A stretch of 64,000 nt of DNA from an uncultured Methylophilaceae bacterium (GTDB taxonomy: Bacteria > Pseudomonadota > Gammaproteobacteria > Burkholderiales > Methylophilaceae): positions 20,914-84,913 of the forward strand of contig CAYXOR010000002.1 of assembly GCA_964466895.1 (NCBI GenBank), in the 5' to 3' direction. The notes beneath the pieces were generated by a model that was given only the letters and a program-made list of their open reading frames with translations, did no database searches and had not been told where the DNA came from. Both the position numbers and the translations under genes were made by a program. Positions 56,365 to 64,000 of this stretch are shown here, one piece after another. Positions within the stretch are counted from its first letter, which is position 1. Each line of letters starts with the position of its first letter.

Positions 56365-57374
56365 CACTTTTAAAAACATTTACTAAACCGATTTTAGGTG
56401 TCGTTGTAATAGGGAGAAATGAAGGCGCTAGATTAGTTAAAAGTTTAGAGTCAATGCAAAGTTGTGGATTCCCAATTATTTATGTTGATTCAGGTTCTAA
56501 GGATGCAAGCTTGTCTGTTGCAGATAAGCTTGCATCCTTAGTACATACACTAGACCCTTCAAAAGCTTTTTCTGCAGCACGAGCAAGAAATGAAGGATTT
56601 GCAATTGTCACCCATAAGTTTCCCAGCATTAAATATATTCAGTTTATTGATGGCGATTGCTATTTATGTGATGGATGGATAGAAAATGCCATTAAGGCCT
56701 TAGATCAGAATGAGCAACGGGCAGCGGTAGTAGGACACCTTATTGAACGTGCACCTGAAGCCAGCGTTTATAACAAACTTTGCTCTTTAGAATGGAAATC
56801 ACCAACAGGAGACATGGTTAATTTTGGGGCGTTAGGCGGCATTTCTATAATACGGACTGATATTTTTCAACAACTCAATGGGTTTAAAGAAGATGTTATT
56901 GCAGGTGAAGATTCCGAGTTAGGGGTGCGTATTTCTTTGTTGGGTTATAAAATAACAAAGTTAGATCAAAATATGGCTACCCATGATGCAAATATGACGA
57001 AATTCAGTCAATGGTGGAAGCGAAGTGTACGTGCAGGACACGCTATTGGGCAGAGAGCAGACTTGAATGGGGATTCAATTGCTAAGGATTGTGTTAAAGA
57101 ACGAAAAAGTACAATTGTATGGGGTATTTTATTGCCTTTGTTAGTAGCTTTGCTGTTCATTCCTACAGAAGGCTTTAGTCTTTTTCTTTTGATGGCCTAT
57201 TTCTTGCTTTTAGTTAAAGTCTTGCATTACAGATTGAAACAGGATGAAACATTTGTTGATGCAGCAATTTATGCTTTTTTTGTTACGCTAGCCAAGATAG
57301 CTAATGGCATAGGTTTGTTGAAATACTATTGGAATAGACGAGATAAGCAATATAAGATTATTGAATATAAATAG
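56361..57374 (+). CDS. Glycosyltransferase family 2 with C-terminal TM helices
   Basis: GVVVIGRNEGARLVKSLES...IYVDSGSKDAS; FIDGDC; AGEDSEL. TM helices follow after residue 250. ATGA overlap upstream. Confidence 0.8.
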   Translation: MTLLKTFTKPILGVVVIGRNEGARLVKSLESMQSCGFPIIYVDSGSKDASLSVADKLASLVHTLDPSKAFSAARARNEGFAIVTHKFPSIKYIQFIDGDCYLCDGWIENAIKALDQNEQRAAVVGHLIERAPEASVYNKLCSLEWKSPTGDMVNFGALGGISIIRTDIFQQLNGFKEDVIAGEDSELGVRISLLGYKITKLDQNMATHDANMTKFSQWWKRSVRAGHAIGQRADLNGDSIAKDCVKERKSTIVWGILLPLLVALLFIPTEGFSLFLLMAYFLLLVKVLHYRLKQDETFVDAAIYAFFVTLAKIANGIGLLKYYWNRRDKQYKIIEYK

Positions 57375-57415
57375 TCACAAGTTGGGCGTGCCCAAAAATA
57401 ATTTAAACAGGAGTT

Positions 57416-59539
57416 TTGTTTGTGAGTAAAACGTATAAAGTTGGTTTGTTAGGGGCGGGATTTATTGTAGACGCGCATGCGAAAGCTTTAAAATCTATCC
57501 CTAATGTTGAGATAATTGCAGTTTGCGATCGTTCAAAAGGGAGAGCAGAACAAGCGGCTAATAGTTATAACATTCCTAATGTATTTACTGCATTAGAGGA
57601 TATGCTTAAATTGAAACTGGATGTAGTGCATGTTCTTTTACCGCCAGATCTACATATAAACTTAACTAAACAAATCCTCGATGCGGGTGTCAGTGCTTTT
57701 TTAGAAAAGCCTATGGGGCTCGATTCCAATGAATGCCAACAATTAGTAGATTTGGCTAAACAAAAAAAGTTGAAATTAGGTGTGAATCACAACTTTCTTT
57801 TTTTGCCAGCTTACGAAAAATTGCGAGAAGAAGCTAAGAATGGTGTTATTGGAAATCTCGACCAGGTGACCATAAATTGGTTATATGCACTAGGTTTTAT
57901 TAAGTTTGGTCCTTTTAATAATTGGATGTTAACAGAACCAAGAAACCTGTGGTTTGAATTGGGCCCGCATTTGACAGCATATATGGTGGATTTGTTAGGG
58001 CCTTTGGATAGTGTTTCGACTCATGTTTCACGCGCAATAGATTTACCAGGTGGCAGCCGTGTTTACCGAAAGTGGCATGTACATGCTACTAAAAACAACA
58101 CGACTGTTGATTTAAATTTGTCTGTGATTCCAGGTATGGCCGAGCGTGGTATTTCCGTGCGAGGCCATGCGGCATCTGCACGCTGTGATTTTGATCGTGA
58201 TGTGTATTTTAGAGATGAACCTAGTGGGCACGGACTGCTATTTGATAGTTTTATAACAACACTATCTATCGCCCGTCAACTTGCAGTGAATTCATTCAAA
58301 AATCTCTTTAAATCAGTTAAGGGCACATTAAAAAAATCACCGACTGCGAATCCTTTCGGAGAAAGTGTAGAACGGAGTATTGCCGCGTTCTATCGAACCA
58401 TTGATGGGGATATTGATTCAAGGCTTGATGGGCAGTTCGGCGTACATGTTATTGCTGCATGTGAGCAAATAACTAAGCAGGCAAATTTTGATAAAACATC
58501 AAAATCTAAACAGTTGTGGCAAGTCGTTCCGCCTTTAGAAACGCCAAAAGTATTGGTGATTGGCGGTACGGGTTTTATCGGTAAATATTTAGTCAAAAAA
58601 CTAATCGAAGCGGGTCATGGCGTCCGTGTTGTTACTCGTAGTAAAAGTGCAGGTGATATAGGCTTAGCGGGCTTGCCAGTAGAACTAATACAAGGTGACA
58701 TCGCTGACGCAGATTTTTTAGATAAAGCTTTAGTCGGTATTGATGTCGTATATGATTTAGCAAAAGCAACTGGAAGTAATTGGAATGACTACTATAAGTC
58801 AGATGTCTTGGTAACCAAGAACATTGCAGAAAGTGCATTACGTAAAGGTGTTAAGCAGTTTATTTATACGGGAACGATTGACTCTTATTATTCTGCAAAT
58901 GAAAATGATGTCATTACTGCAGATACGCCACTTGATACTAGTGGTACACGGAATCTTTATGCGCGGTCTAAAGCCGCATGTGAGACACTTTTATTGGATA
59001 TGCACAGAGAGAAGGGCTTGCCTGTGACTATTTTCAGGCCTGGTGTTGTTATTGGTAAAGGCTGTCCACCAGCACATTGGGGGGTGGGAATGTTTCAGTC
59101 TGATAGTCGAGTGCAGTTTTGGGGTGACGGAGAGAATAAGCTGCCTTTAGTGTTAGTCGATGATGTTGCAGATGCATTGGTGTTAGCTTTAGGGAAAGAA
59201 GGGATTGAAGGACAAAAATTTTTGCTAACGGATACTCCTTTAATTAGTGGGCGTGAATATGTTGATATTGTTTCAAAAATAAGTGGAACTAAAATACGAG
59301 CAGAAGCGACCCCAATATGGAAATATTTTGCAGTAGATATTTTTAAAGAAGCAGCTAAGCACCTAATTAAACATCCTAATCGCAAAACTCCAAGTTATAG
59401 GGATTGGGACTCGCGTAGCCATCGCGCGCAATATGACAATACTAAAACGATAAAAATGTTGGGCTGGAAGCCAGCAGCATCAAAAGAGGTGTTAATTGAA
59501 AAAGGTATTGTTGCTACAGTAAAAGAGTTTATGAGCTAA
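57416..59539 (+). CDS. Bi-domain oxidoreductase: N-terminal Gfo/Idh/MocA dehydrogenase fused to a C-terminal extended-SDR epimerase/dehydratase
   Basis: N-terminus: KVGLLGAGFIVDAHAKALKSIPNVEIIAVCDRS and EKPMG. C-terminus: VLVIGGTGFIGKYLVKKL and YARSKAACE (YxxxK). 707 aa. Confidence 0.8.
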   Translation: MFVSKTYKVGLLGAGFIVDAHAKALKSIPNVEIIAVCDRSKGRAEQAANSYNIPNVFTALEDMLKLKLDVVHVLLPPDLHINLTKQILDAGVSAFLEKPMGLDSNECQQLVDLAKQKKLKLGVNHNFLFLPAYEKLREEAKNGVIGNLDQVTINWLYALGFIKFGPFNNWMLTEPRNLWFELGPHLTAYMVDLLGPLDSVSTHVSRAIDLPGGSRVYRKWHVHATKNNTTVDLNLSVIPGMAERGISVRGHAASARCDFDRDVYFRDEPSGHGLLFDSFITTLSIARQLAVNSFKNLFKSVKGTLKKSPTANPFGESVERSIAAFYRTIDGDIDSRLDGQFGVHVIAACEQITKQANFDKTSKSKQLWQVVPPLETPKVLVIGGTGFIGKYLVKKLIEAGHGVRVVTRSKSAGDIGLAGLPVELIQGDIADADFLDKALVGIDVVYDLAKATGSNWNDYYKSDVLVTKNIAESALRKGVKQFIYTGTIDSYYSANENDVITADTPLDTSGTRNLYARSKAACETLLLDMHREKGLPVTIFRPGVVIGKGCPPAHWGVGMFQSDSRVQFWGDGENKLPLVLVDDVADALVLALGKEGIEGQKFLLTDTPLISGREYVDIVSKISGTKIRAEATPIWKYFAVDIFKEAAKHLIKHPNRKTPSYRDWDSRSHRAQYDNTKTIKMLGWKPAASKEVLIEKGIVATVKEFMS

Positions 59540-59551
59540 AAAACGCTAATT

Positions 59552-60457
59552 ATGCAAAAAGTTTTAGATCATTTTAGTTTTTGTAAAAAATTATTTGGCT
59601 ATGCGAGGATGATTCACAAGCCAGTTACATTGAAAAACATGAAAAGAAGAATTGTTTTTTTTATGTTGGGATGTAAAAACAGGGTTGTAATTAATCATTT
59701 TATAGATAGAATGTTGGCATTAAATGTTATTGTTTCGCCAGGGATGTTGGCGGTGATTGAATCACCATATATACATAACAAGTGGACCGCGGAAGATAGA
59801 CTCGAAAAAGTAGCATCGCATTATGAAACTTTATCAAAAACATCTCCAAAATTACTGGCCATTTGTTTATTGCCTAGACAAAAGATAATTTGCCTAGATG
59901 ATGTTTCTAAAGGAACATGCATTGCTATAGACTATGCGCCATGGTTTGCTCGTGAAGGGGAATTACATATTAATGTTTTTCAAAAAGACTTGAGAGTGGC
60001 AACTATGGCATTTTCATTGGATAAGAAAAATGATGAAGTTATTGCATATATAGGTGCTGTACAAGGAATTCATAGCGGCGTTTCCAAAGACGAATCGCTT
60101 AGGATATTCAAAGAGCTAACAAAAGATTTTTATGGCTTAAGGCCAAGGAGTTTATTGCTTGAAGCACTAAAAGTAGTTGCAAGGGAATTAGGGGTTAAAA
60201 AATTATTTGGGGTATCAGAAATGAATCGGCATCATAGACATAAGTATTTTAATAACAATAATGATGATAAATTTAAAAGTGATTACAATGTTTTTTGGGA
60301 AGAACACGGTGCAAAATTAAATGATAGTGGTTTTTATGAAATCTCTATGACGCCTGCTGTTAAAGATTTATCTGAAATAGCCTCTAAGAAAAGAAGTCAA
60401 TATCGGCGCAGGTATGCGATGATATTGTCGTTTTCCAGCGTAAGTAATTTGCATTAA
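59552..60457 (+). CDS. DUF535 (VirK/YbjX-like) family protein
   Basis: About 300 aa. The pattern EGELHINVFQKDLRVATMAFSL...IAYIGAVQG resembles DUF535 proteins (recalled from memory, not searched). Confidence 0.55.
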   Translation: MQKVLDHFSFCKKLFGYARMIHKPVTLKNMKRRIVFFMLGCKNRVVINHFIDRMLALNVIVSPGMLAVIESPYIHNKWTAEDRLEKVASHYETLSKTSPKLLAICLLPRQKIICLDDVSKGTCIAIDYAPWFAREGELHINVFQKDLRVATMAFSLDKKNDEVIAYIGAVQGIHSGVSKDESLRIFKELTKDFYGLRPRSLLLEALKVVARELGVKKLFGVSEMNRHHRHKYFNNNNDDKFKSDYNVFWEEHGAKLNDSGFYEISMTPAVKDLSEIASKKRSQYRRRYAMILSFSSVSNLH

Positions 60458-60480
60458 GTGGCCATATTTAAGTCTTAGCT

Positions 60481-61677
60481 ATGCGAATATCATATTTTAT
60501 TAATCAATACCCAAAGGTCAGTCATAGCTTTATAAGACGCGAGATTTTAGCATTAGAGCGACAAGGCTTTTCTGTGCAACGTATTGCGCTTAGAGGTTGG
60601 AATGATACGTTGGTAGATGAGCAAGATATTAAAGAAAGAGAACACACACATTATGTTGTTAAAGACGGGGTGTTTTCTTTAATCTTAGCAGCATTGCAAA
60701 TATTAATTACGATGCCGAAGCTTTTTTTTAAAGTGTTTTTTTTGGCACTTACGATGTCAAAGAAAGCTGAGAAATCATTGCCCTATCATGTCGTTTACTT
60801 TTTAGAGGCCTGTAAAATATTTAAGTGGTTGCACGGTCACGATAGCAAACATCTGCATGCACATTTTGGTACAAATTCCGCAGAAATCGTGATGCTTGCT
60901 AGTGAACTTACAGGCATACCATACAGCTTCACCGTGCATGGGCCAGAGGAATTTGATAAGCCACAGGCGCTTCATCTTAATAAAAAAATTAAATATGCTA
61001 AGTTTGTAGCAGCCATTAGCTCTTTTGGCCGTAGCCAGCTGTATCGTTGGGCCGATTATAAAGATTGGGAAAAGATAAAAGTCGTCCATTGTGGTTTGGA
61101 GCCTGCATTTTATGACGTGCCAGCCTCCGTCATGCCTATCAAGAGTTCTATGGTGTGTGTTGGCAGAATCTGTGAGCAAAAAGGCCAGTTATTATTGATC
61201 GAGGCGGTAAAAAAATTACATGATGCAGGGGTTGATTTTAATTTAACCTTAGCAGGTGATGGTGAAATGCGTACTGAAGTTGAGTCGCTTATTGTTAAGT
61301 ATGGATTTAGTAAGAAAATTTCTATCACGGGTTGGATTAGCAGCGAAAAAGTGCGTCAACTGATATTAAATGCTCAAGTGATGGTGCTACCCAGCTTTGC
61401 TGAAGGGTTGCCAGTTGTTATCATGGAAGCCATGTCGTTGCGCCGCCCCGTTATCTCTACTTATATTGCTGGCATACCTGAGTTAATAAAGAACGGTGAA
61501 AATGGATGGTTATGCGAAGCAGGTAACATTGATGCCTTGGCAGATACAATACAACAGGCTCTAGAAACGCCGAAAAAACAAACGCAAATGATGTGTGACT
61601 TAGCCTATAAGAGGGCTGTTGCACGACATTGTATAGATACAGAAGCTAGTAAGTTAGCTAAACATATACGAGGTTAG
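60481..61677 (+). CDS. Glycosyltransferase family 4 (WcaL-like GT-B)
   Basis: RISYFINQYPKVSHSFIRREI N-terminus and VLPSFAEGLPVVIMEAMSLRRPVIST (EX7E motif). Confidence 0.85.
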   Translation: MRISYFINQYPKVSHSFIRREILALERQGFSVQRIALRGWNDTLVDEQDIKEREHTHYVVKDGVFSLILAALQILITMPKLFFKVFFLALTMSKKAEKSLPYHVVYFLEACKIFKWLHGHDSKHLHAHFGTNSAEIVMLASELTGIPYSFTVHGPEEFDKPQALHLNKKIKYAKFVAAISSFGRSQLYRWADYKDWEKIKVVHCGLEPAFYDVPASVMPIKSSMVCVGRICEQKGQLLLIEAVKKLHDAGVDFNLTLAGDGEMRTEVESLIVKYGFSKKISITGWISSEKVRQLILNAQVMVLPSFAEGLPVVIMEAMSLRRPVISTYIAGIPELIKNGENGWLCEAGNIDALADTIQQALETPKKQTQMMCDLAYKRAVARHCIDTEASKLAKHIRG

Positions 61678-61682
61678 TGTAA

Positions 61683-62195
61683 ATGGAGATTAAAAATAAT
61701 GTAGGGATATCAGCAACAGTTCCTGACTGGACTAGAGAATACAAGCCATTTTTTCAGTGGACGCCCTCCAAATCTTTCATAGCTTCTATCCGCTGTTATC
61801 AATCCATAACAACCACTAAAAATCCAATTAAATTTAGTATTAAAAAATTTGCAGTCTTAAGGTATCGGTTTTGGAGTGTGGTCACAGGCGCAGACATCCC
61901 TTTGAACTGTAATATAGAAGGTGGGCTGATGATCCCTCATCCTAATGGAATTGTGATTCACCCCTATGCTAAGATAGGCCCAAATTGTATTATTTTTCAA
62001 CAAGTAACTATAGGTTATAAAGAGGGTTCAGCTAAGGGTGTAAGCGTTGGCGGGAACGTAGGTATTGGTGCGGGTGCAAAAGTATTAGGGGATGTGAATA
62101 TTGGTAATAATGCGGAAATTGGCGCTAATGCAGTGGTGTTAATAGATGTGCCTGAGAATAGAATAGCCTTGGGTGTCCCAGCTAAGATCATATAG
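61683..62195 (+). CDS. Serine-acetyltransferase-like hexapeptide-repeat acetyltransferase
   Basis: GLMIPHPNGIVIHPYAKIGPNCIIFQQVTIG...GIGAGAKVLGDVNIGNNAEIGANAVV. Confidence 0.8.
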   Translation: MEIKNNVGISATVPDWTREYKPFFQWTPSKSFIASIRCYQSITTTKNPIKFSIKKFAVLRYRFWSVVTGADIPLNCNIEGGLMIPHPNGIVIHPYAKIGPNCIIFQQVTIGYKEGSAKGVSVGGNVGIGAGAKVLGDVNIGNNAEIGANAVVLIDVPENRIALGVPAKII

Positions 62196-62326
62196 GTAAT
62201 GACAACTAACTACTTAACTAAGCTTCATCTTGGCGCAATATGTAGCACAGCTCGTACGCGGCTAAGGGTCGATAAGTATTGTGTCAGAAAGGTTGACCTG
62301 CGCTTGTTGTCAGAGGTTGAATTCCA

Positions 62327-63499
62327 TTGACTTTTTTAAGTTATATATTAGTTATATTTAACCTATTATTATTATTGCCAGTTTGCATTCTTTTGATGCA
62401 GGTGCTGGCTGCTGTTGTTTTTAGAAAACAAACCCCAAGTGATTTTAATCATGTTAATAGCGCTTACATCACCATATTAATGCCTGCTCATAATGAGGAG
62501 TTGGTCATTTCTGATTCCATAATAGCGATTCTCTCTCAATTAAAAGATAACAATAAATTATTGGTTATAGCAGACAACTGTAATGACAATACCGTTGTTA
62601 TTGCAAAAAAACTAGGTGCAGATGTCATTGAGCGTAACGATTTAGATGCACGTGGCAAAGGTTATGCGCTTGATTATGGATTGCAACACCTTAAGAAAGA
62701 CCCCCCAGAATTGGTTTTGATTGTTGATGCAGATTGCATAATGAGTAAAGGTTCAATTAGCAAATTGATAGATGCCTGTAAGCATTACCAGCGGCCGGTG
62801 CAAGCATTATATTTGATGGGAACTCAACAAAAGGCTAGTCTCAAACAAAAAATCGCTAATTTCGCGTGGCTAGTAAAAAATAAAGTGAGGCCACTAGGGA
62901 TGCTGAAATTAAAACTTCCTTGTCAGTTAATGGGCACTGGCATGATATTTTCATGGGAAGATTTAACTAAAGTAAATTTAGCCAGTGGACATATTGTTGA
63001 GGATATGAAATTAGGAGTGGATCTAGCAAGACATAACAAAGCACCTGTTTTTTTACCGGACGTATTGGTAACCAGTGTTTTTCCGCCTACGGAGCAGGCG
63101 GTCAAGAGCCAACGTACACGCTGGGAACATGGTCATTTAAGTGTCATCATCAATGAAGTTCCAAGCTTGCTACTAGAAGCAATAAAAACCAGAAATCTAC
63201 AAATATTAGGTTTGGCGTTTGATTTGCTCGTGCCCCCATTAGCAGTATTAAGTCTTTTATGTGTTGCAACATTATTTTTAAGTTTCATCTTTGCAAGTAA
63301 TACTCGTCTTCTACTAGCAATATTATTATTAGGGATTTTATTATTAGCAATCATGTTGGCTTGGACTTTTTTTGGCCGGCAGATTATTAGCTTTAAACAG
63401 CTATGTTACGCCCCCATCTATGCTTTAGTGAAAATACCTTTATATATTAAATTTTTCTTGAATCGCCAAGTGGAATGGGTGCGATCAAAACGTGATTAG
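62327..63499 (+). CDS. Membrane-embedded processive-type GT2 (synthase-like, QxxRW motif)
   Basis: N-terminal TM helix, ITILMPAHNEE, IVDADC, VEDMKLG and SQRTRWEHG (QxxRW), then 3-4 C-terminal TM helices. TTG start. Confidence 0.8.
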   Translation: MTFLSYILVIFNLLLLLPVCILLMQVLAAVVFRKQTPSDFNHVNSAYITILMPAHNEELVISDSIIAILSQLKDNNKLLVIADNCNDNTVVIAKKLGADVIERNDLDARGKGYALDYGLQHLKKDPPELVLIVDADCIMSKGSISKLIDACKHYQRPVQALYLMGTQQKASLKQKIANFAWLVKNKVRPLGMLKLKLPCQLMGTGMIFSWEDLTKVNLASGHIVEDMKLGVDLARHNKAPVFLPDVLVTSVFPPTEQAVKSQRTRWEHGHLSVIINEVPSLLLEAIKTRNLQILGLAFDLLVPPLAVLSLLCVATLFLSFIFASNTRLLLAILLLGILLLAIMLAWTFFGRQIISFKQLCYAPIYALVKIPLYIKFFLNRQVEWVRSKRD

Positions 63500-63510
63500 A
63501 ATGGAAAATA

Positions 63511-64000
63511 ATGCGACATAGTTCATTGCCCGTTAAACAGCGTATCAATCTGTTTGGAGTGGAAATTGATTCAATTACAATGCAGGAGGCCGTTGCTACT
63601 GTTTTTAACTGGCTTTCTAAGCCAGAAACTGATTGTAAGTTTATTATTACACCCAATGTAGATCATATCGTTCAGGTACAATCTAACGAGGGATTGCAAG
63701 AAGCTTACCGGCAAGCTTCATTGGTTGTTACGGATGGAAAACCAGTTGTTTGGGCAGCTAATTTACTGGGTGTCAACATTCCTGAAGTTGTGCCAGGGAG
63801 TGATTTAGTGCCAGCCATTTTTAATCATACACAGAATGAAAATAAACCGATTACAGTTTTTTTACTTGGTGCGATGCCTAGCGTTGCTAATCGCGCAAAG
63901 GCAATGATAGAAAAAAAATGGCCCTTAGTCAATGTGGTCGGGACATTAAGTCCAGACTTTGGTTTTGATAAGAATGAGACTGAATCAAAAAAAATATGTG
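63511..64000 (+). CDS. Partial CDS (3' end beyond window): WecB/TagA/CpsF-family glycosyltransferase
   Basis: Not in the ORF track. ATG 63511 stays open to the right edge. INLFGVEIDSITMQEAV...IITPNVDHIV...LVVTDGKPVVWAA is typical of the family. Confidence 0.85.
   Translation, partial: MRHSSLPVKQRINLFGVEIDSITMQEAVATVFNWLSKPETDCKFIITPNVDHIVQVQSNEGLQEAYRQASLVVTDGKPVVWAANLLGVNIPEVVPGSDLVPAIFNHTQNENKPITVFLLGAMPSVANRAKAMIEKKWPLVNVVGTLSPDFGFDKNETESKKIC

Noticed and set aside
62196-62326. 131-nt spacer with a loose direct repeat (GTGTCAGAAAGG / TTGTCAGAGGTT) before the synthase-like GT2.
   Set aside because: The repeat is imperfect and short, and I could find no convincing hairpin or conserved motif. 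It is most likely an ordinary internal promoter/RBS region.
1-64000. Search for tRNA/rRNA genes, CRISPR arrays, IS elements, integrases, prophage or toxin-antitoxin/defence cassettes.
   Set aside because: None is supported. No spaced direct repeats, no transposase or integrase-like ORFs, and no cloverleaf-like GC-rich 70-90 nt segments turned up in the few intergenic gaps (1583-1746, 4308-4448, 47073-47260, 49860-50004, 54281-54434, 62196-62326).

Overview
This is an AT-rich proteobacterial chromosome segment. I saw no rRNA, tRNA, CRISPR, IS, transposase or integrase genes. All family assignments come from motifs read by eye; no database search was run.

The left 7.8 kb holds minus-strand accessory genes: a partial HExxH metallopeptidase-like gene running off the edge, a secreted Cys-rich protein, DUF1304, a TPMT-like methyltransferase and a SIMPL protein. 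These are followed by plus-strand housekeeping genes (ppk2, rmuC, moaD, moaE, hslR).

From 7.9 kb to the right edge, nearly every gene is on the + strand, tightly packed with many 1-4 nt stop/start overlaps, and devoted to surface glycans. They form two back-to-back loci.

Locus A (7.9-46.5 kb) opens with a MarR-type EPS regulator. It encodes:
- GDP-mannose and GDP-fucose synthesis (manC, gmd, fcl), UDP-GlcA (ugd) and galU.
- A legionaminic/nonulosonic-acid-type pathway: dehydratase, DegT aminotransferase, NeuD/PglD-like acetyltransferase, NeuB-like synthase, NeuA-like CMP-transferase and a CBS-nucleotidyltransferase.
- An MBOAT plus DltD-like O-acylation pair, several GT2/GT4 glycosyltransferases, methyl- and acetyltransferases, and an AsnB-like amidotransferase.
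- A single fused ABC exporter, with no Wzx, Wzy or Wzm/Wzt.
- A reductase / small phosphoglycosyltransferase (PGT) / CapD dehydratase trio.

Locus B (47.3 kb to the edge) has PEP-CTERM/EpsA-type architecture: a LuxR-type EpsA-like regulator, a large PGT, a tiny PEP-CTERM-tail protein, a short Wza-like exporter, an outer-membrane barrel, a chain-length determinant and a split tyrosine kinase. Tailoring enzymes and glycosyltransferases follow, including a QxxRW synthase-like GT2.

The most unusual content is at 21.2-29.4 kb. A coupled gene set matches the Campylobacter jejuni Cj1415-Cj1418 phosphoramidate (MeOPN) donor pathway plus a methyltransferase. It is joined to a CDP-alcohol phosphotransferase-family membrane protein and two unassignable ORFs. 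This may be an undescribed phosphoramidate-type glycan decoration module.
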